Below, piece after piece: positions 37,352-46,340 of a stretch of 64,000 nt of DNA; within the stretch, counting starts at the first letter, position 1, and each line of letters starts with the position of its first letter. The stretch comes from Vicinamibacteria bacterium (GTDB lineage: Bacteria; Acidobacteriota; Vicinamibacteria; Marinacidobacterales; Marinacidobacteraceae), in contig OY821641.1 in NCBI GenBank assembly GCA_963555995.3, positions 96,001-160,000 of the forward strand. The letters run 5' to 3'. Both the position numbers and the translations under genes were made by a program. The notes beneath the pieces are model-generated. The model worked only from the letters and a program-made list of their open reading frames with translations, was not told the origin of the DNA and did no database searches.

Positions 37352-39646
37352 CTACCGCCGGTAGGACTGGGCGCGGCGGACCTCGCGTTCGGCCTCGGCC
37401 ATCCGGCCCTGCCGGTTGTACACGTCGGCGAGCACGTAGTGGCCGAGGGGCGCCTGGTCCGGTTCGGGTTCGAGGGAGAGGCCGCGGAGGGCCGATTCCT
37501 CCGCCTCCGCCAGTGCGCCCCGGTCGAGGAGCGCCTTGGACAGGTAGAGATACCCGACTCCGAAGTCGGGGTTGTGCTCGACGGCGGCCCGGAACGACGC
37601 CTCCATCCGCTCCGGATCTCCCATCGCCCCGTAGAGCTTGGCGACGTTGAAGTGGGACCGGAAGTCCCGCGGCGCCATCTCCAGCCGGGTCTCGTAGGCA
37701 TTGATGGCGCCGGAGCCGTCGCCGCGTTCCTCGAAGAGCAGCGCCAGGTTGTACCAGGCGTCCGAGAGCTGGTCGTCCATCTCCAGCGCGAGGCGCAGTT
37801 CGGCCTCGGCTTCGTCGAGGCGGCCGAGGCTCAGCAGGCATTCGCCCTTCAGGTTGCGCGCCGGCGCCCGCTCCTCGCCGGTGGCCTCGAGCCCGGCCAG
37901 CACTTCGAGGGCCTCCTCGTATTCCCCCTCGGCGGCGTGGATCTCCGCCAGGTGGTAGTGGGCCTTGTTGTCGTTGGGGTCCAGTTCCAGCAGGCGCCGG
38001 TAGCCGGCGGCGGCTTCGTCATACCGCTCCGCCAGCCGGTAGGCGTCCGCGAGCCCCAGGATCGCGGACTTGTATTCGGGATCGAGCGCCAGCGCTTCCC
38101 GGTAGGCGCCGATCGCCCCGTCCCAGTCCTCCCGCTTGACGTGGAGGTTGCCGAGGATCAGGTGCGCTTCCAGGATGCCGGGATCTTCGGCGAGCACGCG
38201 CTGCACCTTGGCCATCGCGTCCTCGATCCGGTCCTCGGTGGAGTCGGTGCCGGCCTCCTTCAGCAGGTTGTAGAGGACGATCTTGTCCTTGGGGTCGGCG
38301 AGCTCCTCGCCTTCCTCCACCCGGACGCGCGACGAGCCGCCCAGGTAGCCGAGCGCGGCGAGCTGGGCCCGCGTCTCCTCGTCCAGGGTCTCGGGGGCCT
38401 CTTCGTCGGCTCCTTCCTTCTCGAACTCGGCCACCACTCGGTCGAGCCGCGCCTGGAGCTGGCGAACCTGTCCCGGCCGTTCGGGGGCGAGGTTCCGTGT
38501 TTCGCCCGGATCATCGAGTACCTCGAAGAGTTCCGGACGCGGTGCCGCGATGAAGTGGAGCAGGCCGTTCCGGAGGGCGCGGAGCGGAGCCCAGCCGTAG
38601 TGGTTCCGGGGGTAGAAGCTCTCCGAGTACGCCCAGAGGCCCAGGTCGGTCTCCGTTCCGTCGGCGAGCGGCACGAGGCTCGCCCCCTGCACGTCGCCGG
38701 GGACCGGCACTCCCACCAGGTCGAGGACGGTCGGCATCAGGTCAATCCCGCGCACCTGCGCGGGGACGCGCAGGCCGCGGCCGATCTGGCGGTAGGGCGC
38801 CCGGAGCAGGAAGGGCACCTGCATCGCGGCGTCGTAGATGAAAAAGCCGTGCGCCCCCTCCCGGTGCCGGCCGAGGCTCTCGCCGTGGTCCCCGATCAGG
38901 ACGAGCAGCGTGTCCTCCGCGAGTTCGTTCGCGTCCAGCCAGTCCAGAAGCTGCCCGACCAGGGAATCGGTGAACAGCACTTCCGCGTCGTAGGAGGCTT
39001 CCGGGTAGCCGCGGACCCGGGACGCCCAGGGCTCCGGCGCCTCGTAGGGCCAGTGCGGGTCGTAGAGGTGGATCCAGGAGAAGAACCGTTCCTCCTTCAC
39101 CCCGTCCATCCAGTCGAGCGCCGCCTCGAGGACCTCGTCCCCGGGGCGCTGCACGCTGTCGAGGCTGATCCGCTCGAACTCGCGGAAGTTGAAGTCATCG
39201 AAGTAGCGGTCGAACCCCTGGTCGAGCCCCCAGCGCGAGTCCACGACGAAGGCGGCGACGAACGCGCCGGTCCGGTACCCCGCCGCGCGCAGCGCTTCGG
39301 CGAGCGTCTCGGAGTCCTCCCGGACGTAGTAGCCGCCGTTGTCCCGCACTCCGTTGAACATCGGGTAGGTCCCGGTGAACATGGAGGTGTGCGAGGGCAG
39401 GGTGAGCGGCACGGTGGCGGTCGCCTGCTCGAAGAGGACGCCCTCCGCCGCCACCCGGCCGAAGGCGGGCGTTTCGATCCGGTCGTTGCCGTACTGGGTC
39501 AGGTGCCGCGCCGACAGGGTGTCGAGAGTGACCACCACCACGTTCAGGGGCCGAATGGGATCGGTCCCCCCGGGAAGCCCGGAACACGCGCCCAGGGACA
39601 GGGCAAGGCCCACCGCCCCCAACCTCAGCACGGAACGTGAACTCAT
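37352..39646 (-). CDS. Sulfatase-like hydrolase with C-terminal TPR repeats, predicted lipoprotein
   Basis: NVVVVTLDTL, PLTLPSHTSMFTG, HLYDPHWPY, GDHGESLG, HGFFIY, LAALGYL, then TPRs; LGAC lipobox. Confidence 0.9.
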   Translation of the reverse strand: MSSRSVLRLGAVGLALSLGACSGLPGGTDPIRPLNVVVVTLDTLSARHLTQYGNDRIETPAFGRVAAEGVLFEQATATVPLTLPSHTSMFTGTYPMFNGVRDNGGYYVREDSETLAEALRAAGYRTGAFVAAFVVDSRWGLDQGFDRYFDDFNFREFERISLDSVQRPGDEVLEAALDWMDGVKEERFFSWIHLYDPHWPYEAPEPWASRVRGYPEASYDAEVLFTDSLVGQLLDWLDANELAEDTLLVLIGDHGESLGRHREGAHGFFIYDAAMQVPFLLRAPYRQIGRGLRVPAQVRGIDLMPTVLDLVGVPVPGDVQGASLVPLADGTETDLGLWAYSESFYPRNHYGWAPLRALRNGLLHFIAAPRPELFEVLDDPGETRNLAPERPGQVRQLQARLDRVVAEFEKEGADEEAPETLDEETRAQLAALGYLGGSSRVRVEEGEELADPKDKIVLYNLLKEAGTDSTEDRIEDAMAKVQRVLAEDPGILEAHLILGNLHVKREDWDGAIGAYREALALDPEYKSAILGLADAYRLAERYDEAAAGYRRLLELDPNDNKAHYHLAEIHAAEGEYEEALEVLAGLEATGEERAPARNLKGECLLSLGRLDEAEAELRLALEMDDQLSDAWYNLALLFEERGDGSGAINAYETRLEMAPRDFRSHFNVAKLYGAMGDPERMEASFRAAVEHNPDFGVGYLYLSKALLDRGALAEAEESALRGLSLEPEPDQAPLGHYVLADVYNRQGRMAEAEREVRRAQSYRR

Positions 39647-39690
39647 CGAGGCCAGATTATCGCCCCGGTGAGGCCGGGTAAGCTCCCTCA

Positions 39691-39930
39691 GTGAAACCTG
39701 TTCGGATCCGGTTCCCGGAAGATCTCCTCGAACGACTTGATGCCGACGAGGACGTTCAGCGGCTCGGCCGTTCCGAGGTCGTTCGGCGCCTCGTCGAGGC
39801 GTACCTCCGCCGTCGCGACGAAAAAACGATCGCAGAGGAATACGCCCGCGGCTATGGACCGGATTTCCCACCGATCGAGGAGGAACTCGAAGGTTGGACG
39901 GACGCGGCCGCCGCGTGGCGCGAACCGTAA
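39691..39930 (+). CDS. RHH/CopG family protein (orphan antitoxin-like)
   Basis: MKPVRIRFPEDLLERLD...GRSEVVRRLVEAYL...YARGY; no toxin follows. Confidence 0.75.
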   Translation: MKPVRIRFPEDLLERLDADEDVQRLGRSEVVRRLVEAYLRRRDEKTIAEEYARGYGPDFPPIEEELEGWTDAAAAWREP

Positions 39931-39977
39931 GACACGAAGACGCCTGACTGCATCATGTCGGTGCTCCGGACCGCCTC

Positions 39978-40021
39978 GGAGCGCCAGCCTCCGGCTGGCA
40001 TCGCGCGGGAGCGCGAAACCC
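39978..40021 (+). repeat. REP-like unit
   Basis: GGAGCGCCAGCC-TCC-GGCTGGCA-TCGCGC-GGGA-GCGCGA-AACCC. Confidence 0.8.
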
Positions 40022-40075
40022 TCATGATCGGTCCTCCGGCACACCCCGTCGGGCATGAAAACAGCGAAGACGGCT

Positions 40076-40280
40076 GGGAGCGCCGCTCTTCAGAGCGGCA
40101 CAGCGGGCCGAAGGCCCGCGGATGTCGTGTCGCTGCTTGCGCTGATGAACCGAGAGCGGAGCGCCACCGCGCCAGCCCGCGTCGTGCCGTGCGCTGCGCT
40201 CTCGCGCAGCGCGTGCCGGTCTGAAGACCGGCGCTCCCAGCCGGCGGCGCAACCCACGCTGGTTGACCCTTCGCCCGGAC
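40076..40280 (+). mobile_element. ~205-bp composite REP doublet (REPIN/BIME/MITE-like), copy 1
   Basis: Two inverted REP units around a conserved spacer; colinear with the reverse complement of 51655-51860. Confidence 0.75.
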
Positions 40281-40367
40281 TGCACTTTCACGGCCAACCC
40301 GCGCTGATGGCCCTCCTCCCCGTGAACGGGGCCTGCCTGACGGCGGAGGGTGAGCGGGGCCGCACGG

Positions 40368-40775
40368 TCAGTCGGCCGGCGCGGGCAGCAGCTCGAACCC
40401 CTGTTCCGCGAAGTCGGCGTCGAGAGCGAGCGCGCGGTGGATGCCGCGCCGCCGCATCAGCTCGAAGCTCGTGCAGTCCACGAAGGAGAGCCTCCGCCGG
40501 CCCGCGGCCAGAAACGCCGCGGTCGCGACTTCGTGCTCTTCGGGAGAAAGGAAAACCATTTCGATCAGGGGGAAGATGGCGTCGTGGGCAGTGCGCGCCG
40601 CCTTCATCCCAAGCCGGCGCTGTGCGACCGCGAAGGATTCCACGACGACGTAGTTCGAGGTCACGAACCGCCCCGAACCAGCGAGCGACTCCCAGGCGGC
40701 CACCACGGCATCGTGCCGCGGGTCGTCCTCGTCGAGCAGCCCCACAACCGCCGAGGTGTCCACGAACACGCTCAT
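40368..40775 (-). CDS. vapC: PIN-domain VapC toxin
   Basis: VFVDTSA, TSNYVVVES, LSFVDCTSFELM, ALDADFAEQGF. Confidence 0.92.
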   Translation of the reverse strand: MSVFVDTSAVVGLLDEDDPRHDAVVAAWESLAGSGRFVTSNYVVVESFAVAQRRLGMKAARTAHDAIFPLIEMVFLSPEEHEVATAAFLAAGRRRLSFVDCTSFELMRRRGIHRALALDADFAEQGFELLPAPAD

Positions 40776-41020
40776 GGGTCGAAATCCTCGGCGAGGTAGT
40801 GATCGTGGTTCTCGGCAAGATCGGGGAGTCCGGAACGGAAGCTCCCGAAGGCGGCGCGCGCCCGCTGCAACAGCTCGTCCCGGTCCGGTTCCCGCCGCTC
40901 GGCCAGCGACCGGTCCACCGCGTCCCGCACGACGGCGGCCACGGATTGACCGTTGGACGCGGCCCGCTGGCGCAACGCCCGCGCCTGTTCCCCGGTGAAC
41001 TGAATCTGCATGCGAACCAT
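40772..41020 (-). CDS. RHH/CopG antitoxin (VapB-type)
   Basis: MVRMQIQFT...SVAAVVRDAVD...DLAENHDHYL; ATGA overlap with vapC. Confidence 0.85.
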   Translation of the reverse strand: MVRMQIQFTGEQARALRQRAASNGQSVAAVVRDAVDRSLAERREPDRDELLQRARAAFGSFRSGLPDLAENHDHYLAEDFDP

Positions 41021-41053
41021 GCCATCATGATAGCGAATCTGCCATCATGGTGC
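41021..41053. promoter_or_regulatory. Putative RHH operator (tandem GCCATCATG(A/G)T boxes)
   Basis: GCCATCATGAT at 41021 and GCCATCATGGT at 41041, 20 nt apart, directly upstream of the antitoxin start. Confidence 0.55.
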
Positions 41054-41077
41054 CCATCAACCATCGGGCCAGGCCGT

Positions 41078-41106
41078 TTGACACGTTGGCCCCAAGTTCA
41101 TACGGT
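41078..41106 (+). promoter_or_regulatory. Putative sigma70 promoter of the TonB-dependent receptor gene
   Basis: TTGACA-N17-TACGGT. Confidence 0.6.
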
Positions 41107-41178
41107 TCGGGGTTGGATTCGCCCCGGTTCCCGGGGCTGATCCCCAGTTCCATCCAGCTTCCCTTGGGGGGTCCATAG

Positions 41179-44010
41179 ATGATCAACACCCGCAAGCTGA
41201 TCGGAGGCCTGCTGGCGCTCGGACTCGTCCTCGGCACCGCCTCCGCGTTCGGCCAGATCACCGGCACGATCCTGGGCACGGTCTCCGACGACCAGGGGCT
41301 CGTGCTTCCCGGCGCGACCGTGAGCGTCGCCTCGGAACAGCTTCCCGGCGGTCCCCGGATGGCGGTAACGAACGCCGCCGGGCAATACCGCTTTCCGAAC
41401 CTGCCTCCGGGCGATTACACCCTCACGGTGGAACTGCCGGGTTTCGGCACGTACATCGAGGAGGGGATGCAGGTCCTGGTGGGCGGCACCGTGGAGCGGG
41501 CGGTCTCGCTCGGCCTCGCCACGGTCGCCGAGACGGTGACCGTCACCGGTGAGACCCCGGTGGTGGACACCCGCAAGTCCGGCGTGTCCACGAACTACTC
41601 GAGCGAATACATGGAGAACACGCCGCTCCGCCGGTTCAGCTTCTTCGACTTCACGAAGTCCGCTCCCGGCATGTCGGCCACCAACCCCACGAGCGGCACG
41701 AGCAGCCGGGTCTCCGCCTTCGGCTCGGGCGTGGACGAGAACAAGTACCTGATGGACGGCGTGGACTTCACCGCGCCGGTGTCGGGCGCCGCCTGGCCTT
41801 GGCCGGCGACCGACCTGATCGAGGAGATGGAGATCGTTTCCCTCGGCGCCTCGGCCGAGCACGGGAGCGCGGCGGGGGCCGTCTTCAACGTGGTGACCAA
41901 GCAGGGGACGAACGACTTCACGTTTACCGGCGCGGCTTACAAGCAGCACAGCTCCCTGACCACCCAGCCCATCAAGCTCAACGCCGACGGCGACGAGGAC
42001 CCGAGCGGCTGGGGATACAACCGGGACCGCTACGACGACTACACCATCCATGGCGGAGGCCCGATCATTCGGGACCGGGCGTGGCTGTACGGGAACTACC
42101 AGTACCTGCAGGACTGGGACACCCAGCCGGGCGCCGATCCCGCAAACCCCCGCAAGTTCGGCGCGCATCGCATGTTCTGGAAGCTGACGGCGGACCTGAC
42201 CCCGAACGTCAAGTTCATGCACACCTACCACGACGACATCTGGGTCATTCCCGCCACCCCGTCGGTGACGCGGCCCTTTTCGACGATCGCCACCTACAGC
42301 GGCAAGAACCCCTCGGTAACGTTCGGGCGGATCACCCACATCCTCAGCGCCGAGACCTTCTATGAAGTCGGAGTGTCGGGTTTCTACTCTCCGCGCGACC
42401 TCAGCGAATCGAACAACCCGGGTGTCCCCAACACCCTCGACATCGACAACGGATTCCACTACGGCGGTTACGCCTGGTACGACATCTTCAAGCAGGCGCG
42501 CACCGACATCAAGGCGAAGGTCAGCCACTTCGCGAGCGACTGGATGGGCGCGGACCACGACTTCAAGTTCGGCGTCGTGTACACCGACGGCTCACACAGT
42601 TCGCATGGAGGCTACGTTCCTGGCCCCAACTACCCGGGCGGCGTCCGGTACTACATCAACGGCGACGGGAGTCCCTACGGGATCATCACCGGAACGACCT
42701 ACAACATCGGGGGGCAGTTCAAGGAGACGTCGGCATACGTCGAGGACGTCATCAACGTCGGGAACCGCGTCACCGTGTCCGCGGGAGTGCGGTTCGAGTC
42801 GGTGCAGGGCCTCAGCCAGGACGTGTCCGACCTGCTGGTGAATGACCTCGTCGCGCTCACCTTCGACGAGCGGGGAACGGTTGCCGGCGCCGGGGAGCAG
42901 TTCAGTTGGACCAACGTGGGCCCGAGGCTCGGCTTCAACATCCGGCTCGACGAAGACGCAAGGACCGTCCTGCGCGGCAACTGGGGACGCTTCTACCGGA
43001 CCGCCATTACCGGCGAGTTGAGCGGCATCCATCCCGGGCAGGGAAGCCAGCAGGAGTTCTACTGGAATGAGGAGACCGGGCGCTACGACATCGAGGGACC
43101 GAAGTACGAGGCGAGCACCGACTTCGGGTACGACTCCAACTCCCGATCTCCGGTCACCGATCAACTGTCGATCGGCTTCGATCGGGAACTCGGAACCAGC
43201 CTGGCCTTCAACTTCACCTACGTCCGGAAGGACCAGAACGATCTGCTGGGCTGGAACGTGGACAACGCCACCTACACGACCGTCCCGCACACCTTCGGCA
43301 ACGGCCAGACGCTCGACGTCTATCCCATCACCTCGGATCCCAACCAGCGCTTCTACCGTCTGAGCAACGTGGACTGCTCGGGCGTGTCCTATCGCTGCGA
43401 TCCGATGTACATGGACTACAACGGCTTGGTGTTCGGCCTCGAAAAGCGGATGTCCGACAACTGGCAGGCCCAGATCAACTATGTCTGGTCGAAGGCCTAC
43501 GGGCTCCTGCCCTCGAGCGGGTTCGGGGCGGCGTCCAGCCAGACCACCCGGGTGTACGGCAGTTCGCTGGCCCGGGACCCGAACCAGTTCATCAACGCCG
43601 AGGGCCACCTGTTGAACGACCGGACCCACACGTTCCGGATCACGGGGACGCTGATGCTTCCCTACGACATCCTGTTCGGCTGGAACTACGCCTACTTCAA
43701 CGGCAAGCCTTGGGCGACGCGCGACCGGGTCGAGCGTGACGTCCTGCCGCAGGGCGGCCGCAGCATCTATCTCGAGAGCCCGGGCGCGCAGCGACTCGAA
43801 GACCAGAACCTGCTGGACTTCCGGATTTCGACTTCGGTGTTCCTCGCCGACAGGACCCGGTTCGAGGTGTTCGTGGACGCGCTGAACCTCCTGAACTCGA
43901 CGTCAACCGAGGACGTAGCGTCCCAGACTTGGGACTCCAGCGTGTTCGGCATCGGCGAGCGCTGGGTGGATCCTCGCCGGCTTATGGTGGGCGTCAAGAT
44001 CACCTACTGA
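41179..44010 (+). CDS. TonB-dependent receptor with N-terminal carboxypeptidase regulatory-like domain (Oar-like)
   Basis: Signal peptide, GTVSDDQGLVLPGATV...ETVTVTG, plug region, beta-barrel ending PRRLMVGVKITY. Confidence 0.92.
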   Translation: MINTRKLIGGLLALGLVLGTASAFGQITGTILGTVSDDQGLVLPGATVSVASEQLPGGPRMAVTNAAGQYRFPNLPPGDYTLTVELPGFGTYIEEGMQVLVGGTVERAVSLGLATVAETVTVTGETPVVDTRKSGVSTNYSSEYMENTPLRRFSFFDFTKSAPGMSATNPTSGTSSRVSAFGSGVDENKYLMDGVDFTAPVSGAAWPWPATDLIEEMEIVSLGASAEHGSAAGAVFNVVTKQGTNDFTFTGAAYKQHSSLTTQPIKLNADGDEDPSGWGYNRDRYDDYTIHGGGPIIRDRAWLYGNYQYLQDWDTQPGADPANPRKFGAHRMFWKLTADLTPNVKFMHTYHDDIWVIPATPSVTRPFSTIATYSGKNPSVTFGRITHILSAETFYEVGVSGFYSPRDLSESNNPGVPNTLDIDNGFHYGGYAWYDIFKQARTDIKAKVSHFASDWMGADHDFKFGVVYTDGSHSSHGGYVPGPNYPGGVRYYINGDGSPYGIITGTTYNIGGQFKETSAYVEDVINVGNRVTVSAGVRFESVQGLSQDVSDLLVNDLVALTFDERGTVAGAGEQFSWTNVGPRLGFNIRLDEDARTVLRGNWGRFYRTAITGELSGIHPGQGSQQEFYWNEETGRYDIEGPKYEASTDFGYDSNSRSPVTDQLSIGFDRELGTSLAFNFTYVRKDQNDLLGWNVDNATYTTVPHTFGNGQTLDVYPITSDPNQRFYRLSNVDCSGVSYRCDPMYMDYNGLVFGLEKRMSDNWQAQINYVWSKAYGLLPSSGFGAASSQTTRVYGSSLARDPNQFINAEGHLLNDRTHTFRITGTLMLPYDILFGWNYAYFNGKPWATRDRVERDVLPQGGRSIYLESPGAQRLEDQNLLDFRISTSVFLADRTRFEVFVDALNLLNSTSTEDVASQTWDSSVFGIGERWVDPRRLMVGVKITY

Positions 44011-44030
44011 CCTTACGGGCAGCCCACTTC

Positions 44031-44058
44031 GGGGCGGGGGCCTTCGGGCCCCCGCCCC
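44031..44058 (+). terminator. Strong hairpin (terminator or RNA-stabilising stem) after the receptor gene
   Basis: GGGGCGGGGGCC-TTCG-GGCCCCCGCCCC: 12-bp stem with C(UUCG)G loop; U-tract is weak (TTCCCTT). Confidence 0.6.
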
Positions 44059-44065
44059 TTCCCTT

Positions 44066-46264
44066 ATGGTCCCCGGCGTGAACCGGACGGGTCGGACGCT
44101 GTTGCCGCTCGCGCTGGCGTTTGCGGCACTGCCGTTCGGTACGGCCGCGGCGCAGGACGGCGAGCCCGACATCCGCAAGCAGGAAGCCGAGACGCACTTC
44201 CAGCACGGCCTCCGCATGGTGGGCCTCCGCAACAACGACCGCGCCATCGAGCTCTTCCAGTACGCCATCGCGCTGGACCCCGACCACGCCGGAGCGCACT
44301 TCTACGTCGGCCTCGCCTACATCCAGCGCGGCTACACCAGCCTGCGGCGGGCCGACCACCACCTCTCCCGCGCCATTGCGATTGACGGCTCGAACCCGAG
44401 GCAGTACCACTGGCGGGGAATCGCCCGGCTGCGGCTCGGGGACTACCCGGCGGCCACCGCCGACTTCGAGGTGGTGCTCCGCGAGACGCCGGACAGCGCT
44501 ACCACGCTGAGGGCGCTGGGGGCCGCGCTCCTCCGGATGGGCGCTCCCGGCCCGGCCGCCGCCGCCCTCCGCCAGGCGGTGGACCTCGAACCCGACCTGC
44601 TGGAGGCGCGCTGGAACCTCATGATCGCCAGCGAGCGCGCCGGCGACGATCCGGACGCGCTCCCGGAGCGCTACCGGCTCGACATCCCGGACCGCGGCGC
44701 GGCCTTTCCGTTCCGCTTCGAGGAAGTGTCCGCCGAGGTCGGGATCGAACGCTGGTCGCGCGCCCGGGGCAGCGGCTGGGCCGACTTCGACGGGGACGGA
44801 GACCTCGATCTGGTCGCCCTCGGCATCCGCGACCCGCACGCGCTCTACCGGAACCGGCTCGTGGAAGACGGCGCCGCCACCTTCACCGCCGCCGCTCTCG
44901 ACGCCGCGCTCTTCGATCCGCGCGGCGGCTGGTCGGCGCTCTTTTTCGACTACGACCGGGACGGCGATCCCGACCTCCACGTCACGCGGGACGGTTGGGA
45001 CGGTGAGGACGCGAACAGCCTCTATCGAAACGATGGCGGCCGCTTCGTGGACGTGGCGGCCGCCGCCGGGGTCGCGAGTGCGGCGGACGGGTTCACGGCG
45101 GCGGTCGCCGACGTGAACCGGGACGGCCTGCTGGACCTCTACGTGGCGAACGGGGTCGCGACCCGGGGCGGCGGCCCCAACGAACTCTTCCTGGGCGCGC
45201 CCGAGGGCCGTTTCGTCGAGCGCGGGGAGGCGATGGGGGTGGCGGACCACGGCCGCTCCGTCGGATCCGCCTTCGGGGACTACGACGGCGACGGCTGGCC
45301 CGACCTGCTGGTCGTCAACTTCTTCGACGGCCCGGTGCTCTACCGGAACCTGGAGGGCGGCGGTTTCGAGGACGTCTCGGCGCGGGCCGGCATCGCCGCT
45401 CCGCATGAAGGCTTCGTCGGGTTCTTCTTCGACTACGACAACGACGGCTGGCTGGACATTCTGGTCGTCGGCTTCACCTCCGACATGGAAACGGCCCTGA
45501 AGAGCCGGATCGAGGGAAGGGCGGTCAGCGAGGGGAGCCGCCTGGCGCTCTACCGGAACGACCGCGACGGCTCGTTCACCGACGTGACGGAGGAAGCCGG
45601 GCTCTCCTGGAACCTGGGCGCCATGGCCGCCACCTTCGGCGATTACGACAACGACGGCTGGCAAGACATCTTCATCGGCGTCGGGGCGCCGCCCATGGAG
45701 CGGTTCGAGGCGAACCGGCTGTTCCGCAACCTGGGTGACGGAACGTTCGCCGACGTCAGCGCCGCGGCCGGCGTAGACGATCTGGGGAAGGGGCACGGCG
45801 CGACGTTTGCCGACCCCGACCACGACGGCGACCTGGACCTCTTCGTCCCCATCGGGGGCGCCTTCCCGGGCGACCGCCAGCGAAGCCGCTTCTACCGGAA
45901 CCCGGCGTCCCAGCTCCCGCATCCGAACGGCTGGCTCCACATCCTGCTCCGCGCGTCAAGCCTCCATCCGGACGCGGTGGGCGCGCAGGTCGCGCTCCGG
46001 GTCACCGACGCCCCGCAGGCGCCGGTGCAACTCCAGGAGGTCGCGGTCGGCGGGGGCTTCGGGGTGACGCCGAGTCCGATCCTCGAGTTCGGCCTCGGGC
46101 AGCACCAGACGGTGGCCGAGGTCACCATCCGCTGGCCGGGCGGGGGCCATCGCGTGCTGCGGAACATCCCCGCCAACCAGCGGATTCTGGTGGTGGAGGA
46201 CGAGCCCGGCTACCAGGTGTTGGCGCAGGCGAGGTCTCCGCTTTTCGGCCGCTTCGAGCGTTAG
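44066..46264 (+). CDS. TPR + FG-GAP/VCBS repeat + ASPIC/UnbV (CRTAC1-family) secreted protein
   Basis: N-terminal TPRs, repeated DxDxDGxxDL motifs, C-terminal GAQV...FGLG....VTIRWPGG. Confidence 0.9.
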   Translation: MVPGVNRTGRTLLPLALAFAALPFGTAAAQDGEPDIRKQEAETHFQHGLRMVGLRNNDRAIELFQYAIALDPDHAGAHFYVGLAYIQRGYTSLRRADHHLSRAIAIDGSNPRQYHWRGIARLRLGDYPAATADFEVVLRETPDSATTLRALGAALLRMGAPGPAAAALRQAVDLEPDLLEARWNLMIASERAGDDPDALPERYRLDIPDRGAAFPFRFEEVSAEVGIERWSRARGSGWADFDGDGDLDLVALGIRDPHALYRNRLVEDGAATFTAAALDAALFDPRGGWSALFFDYDRDGDPDLHVTRDGWDGEDANSLYRNDGGRFVDVAAAAGVASAADGFTAAVADVNRDGLLDLYVANGVATRGGGPNELFLGAPEGRFVERGEAMGVADHGRSVGSAFGDYDGDGWPDLLVVNFFDGPVLYRNLEGGGFEDVSARAGIAAPHEGFVGFFFDYDNDGWLDILVVGFTSDMETALKSRIEGRAVSEGSRLALYRNDRDGSFTDVTEEAGLSWNLGAMAATFGDYDNDGWQDIFIGVGAPPMERFEANRLFRNLGDGTFADVSAAAGVDDLGKGHGATFADPDHDGDLDLFVPIGGAFPGDRQRSRFYRNPASQLPHPNGWLHILLRASSLHPDAVGAQVALRVTDAPQAPVQLQEVAVGGGFGVTPSPILEFGLGQHQTVAEVTIRWPGGGHRVLRNIPANQRILVVEDEPGYQVLAQARSPLFGRFER

Positions 46265-46313
46265 GTTTCGCCCGCCTGCGGCGGACGATGCCGGTCTGAA
46301 GACCGGCGCTCCC
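46265..46313 (-). repeat. REP-like unit
   Basis: Minus strand: GGGAGCGCCGGTC-TTCA-GACCGGCA-TCGTCCGCCGCAGGCGGGCGAAACC. Confidence 0.8.
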
Positions 46314-46340
46314 AAGACTCACCCTTACGATACGGGCGGC

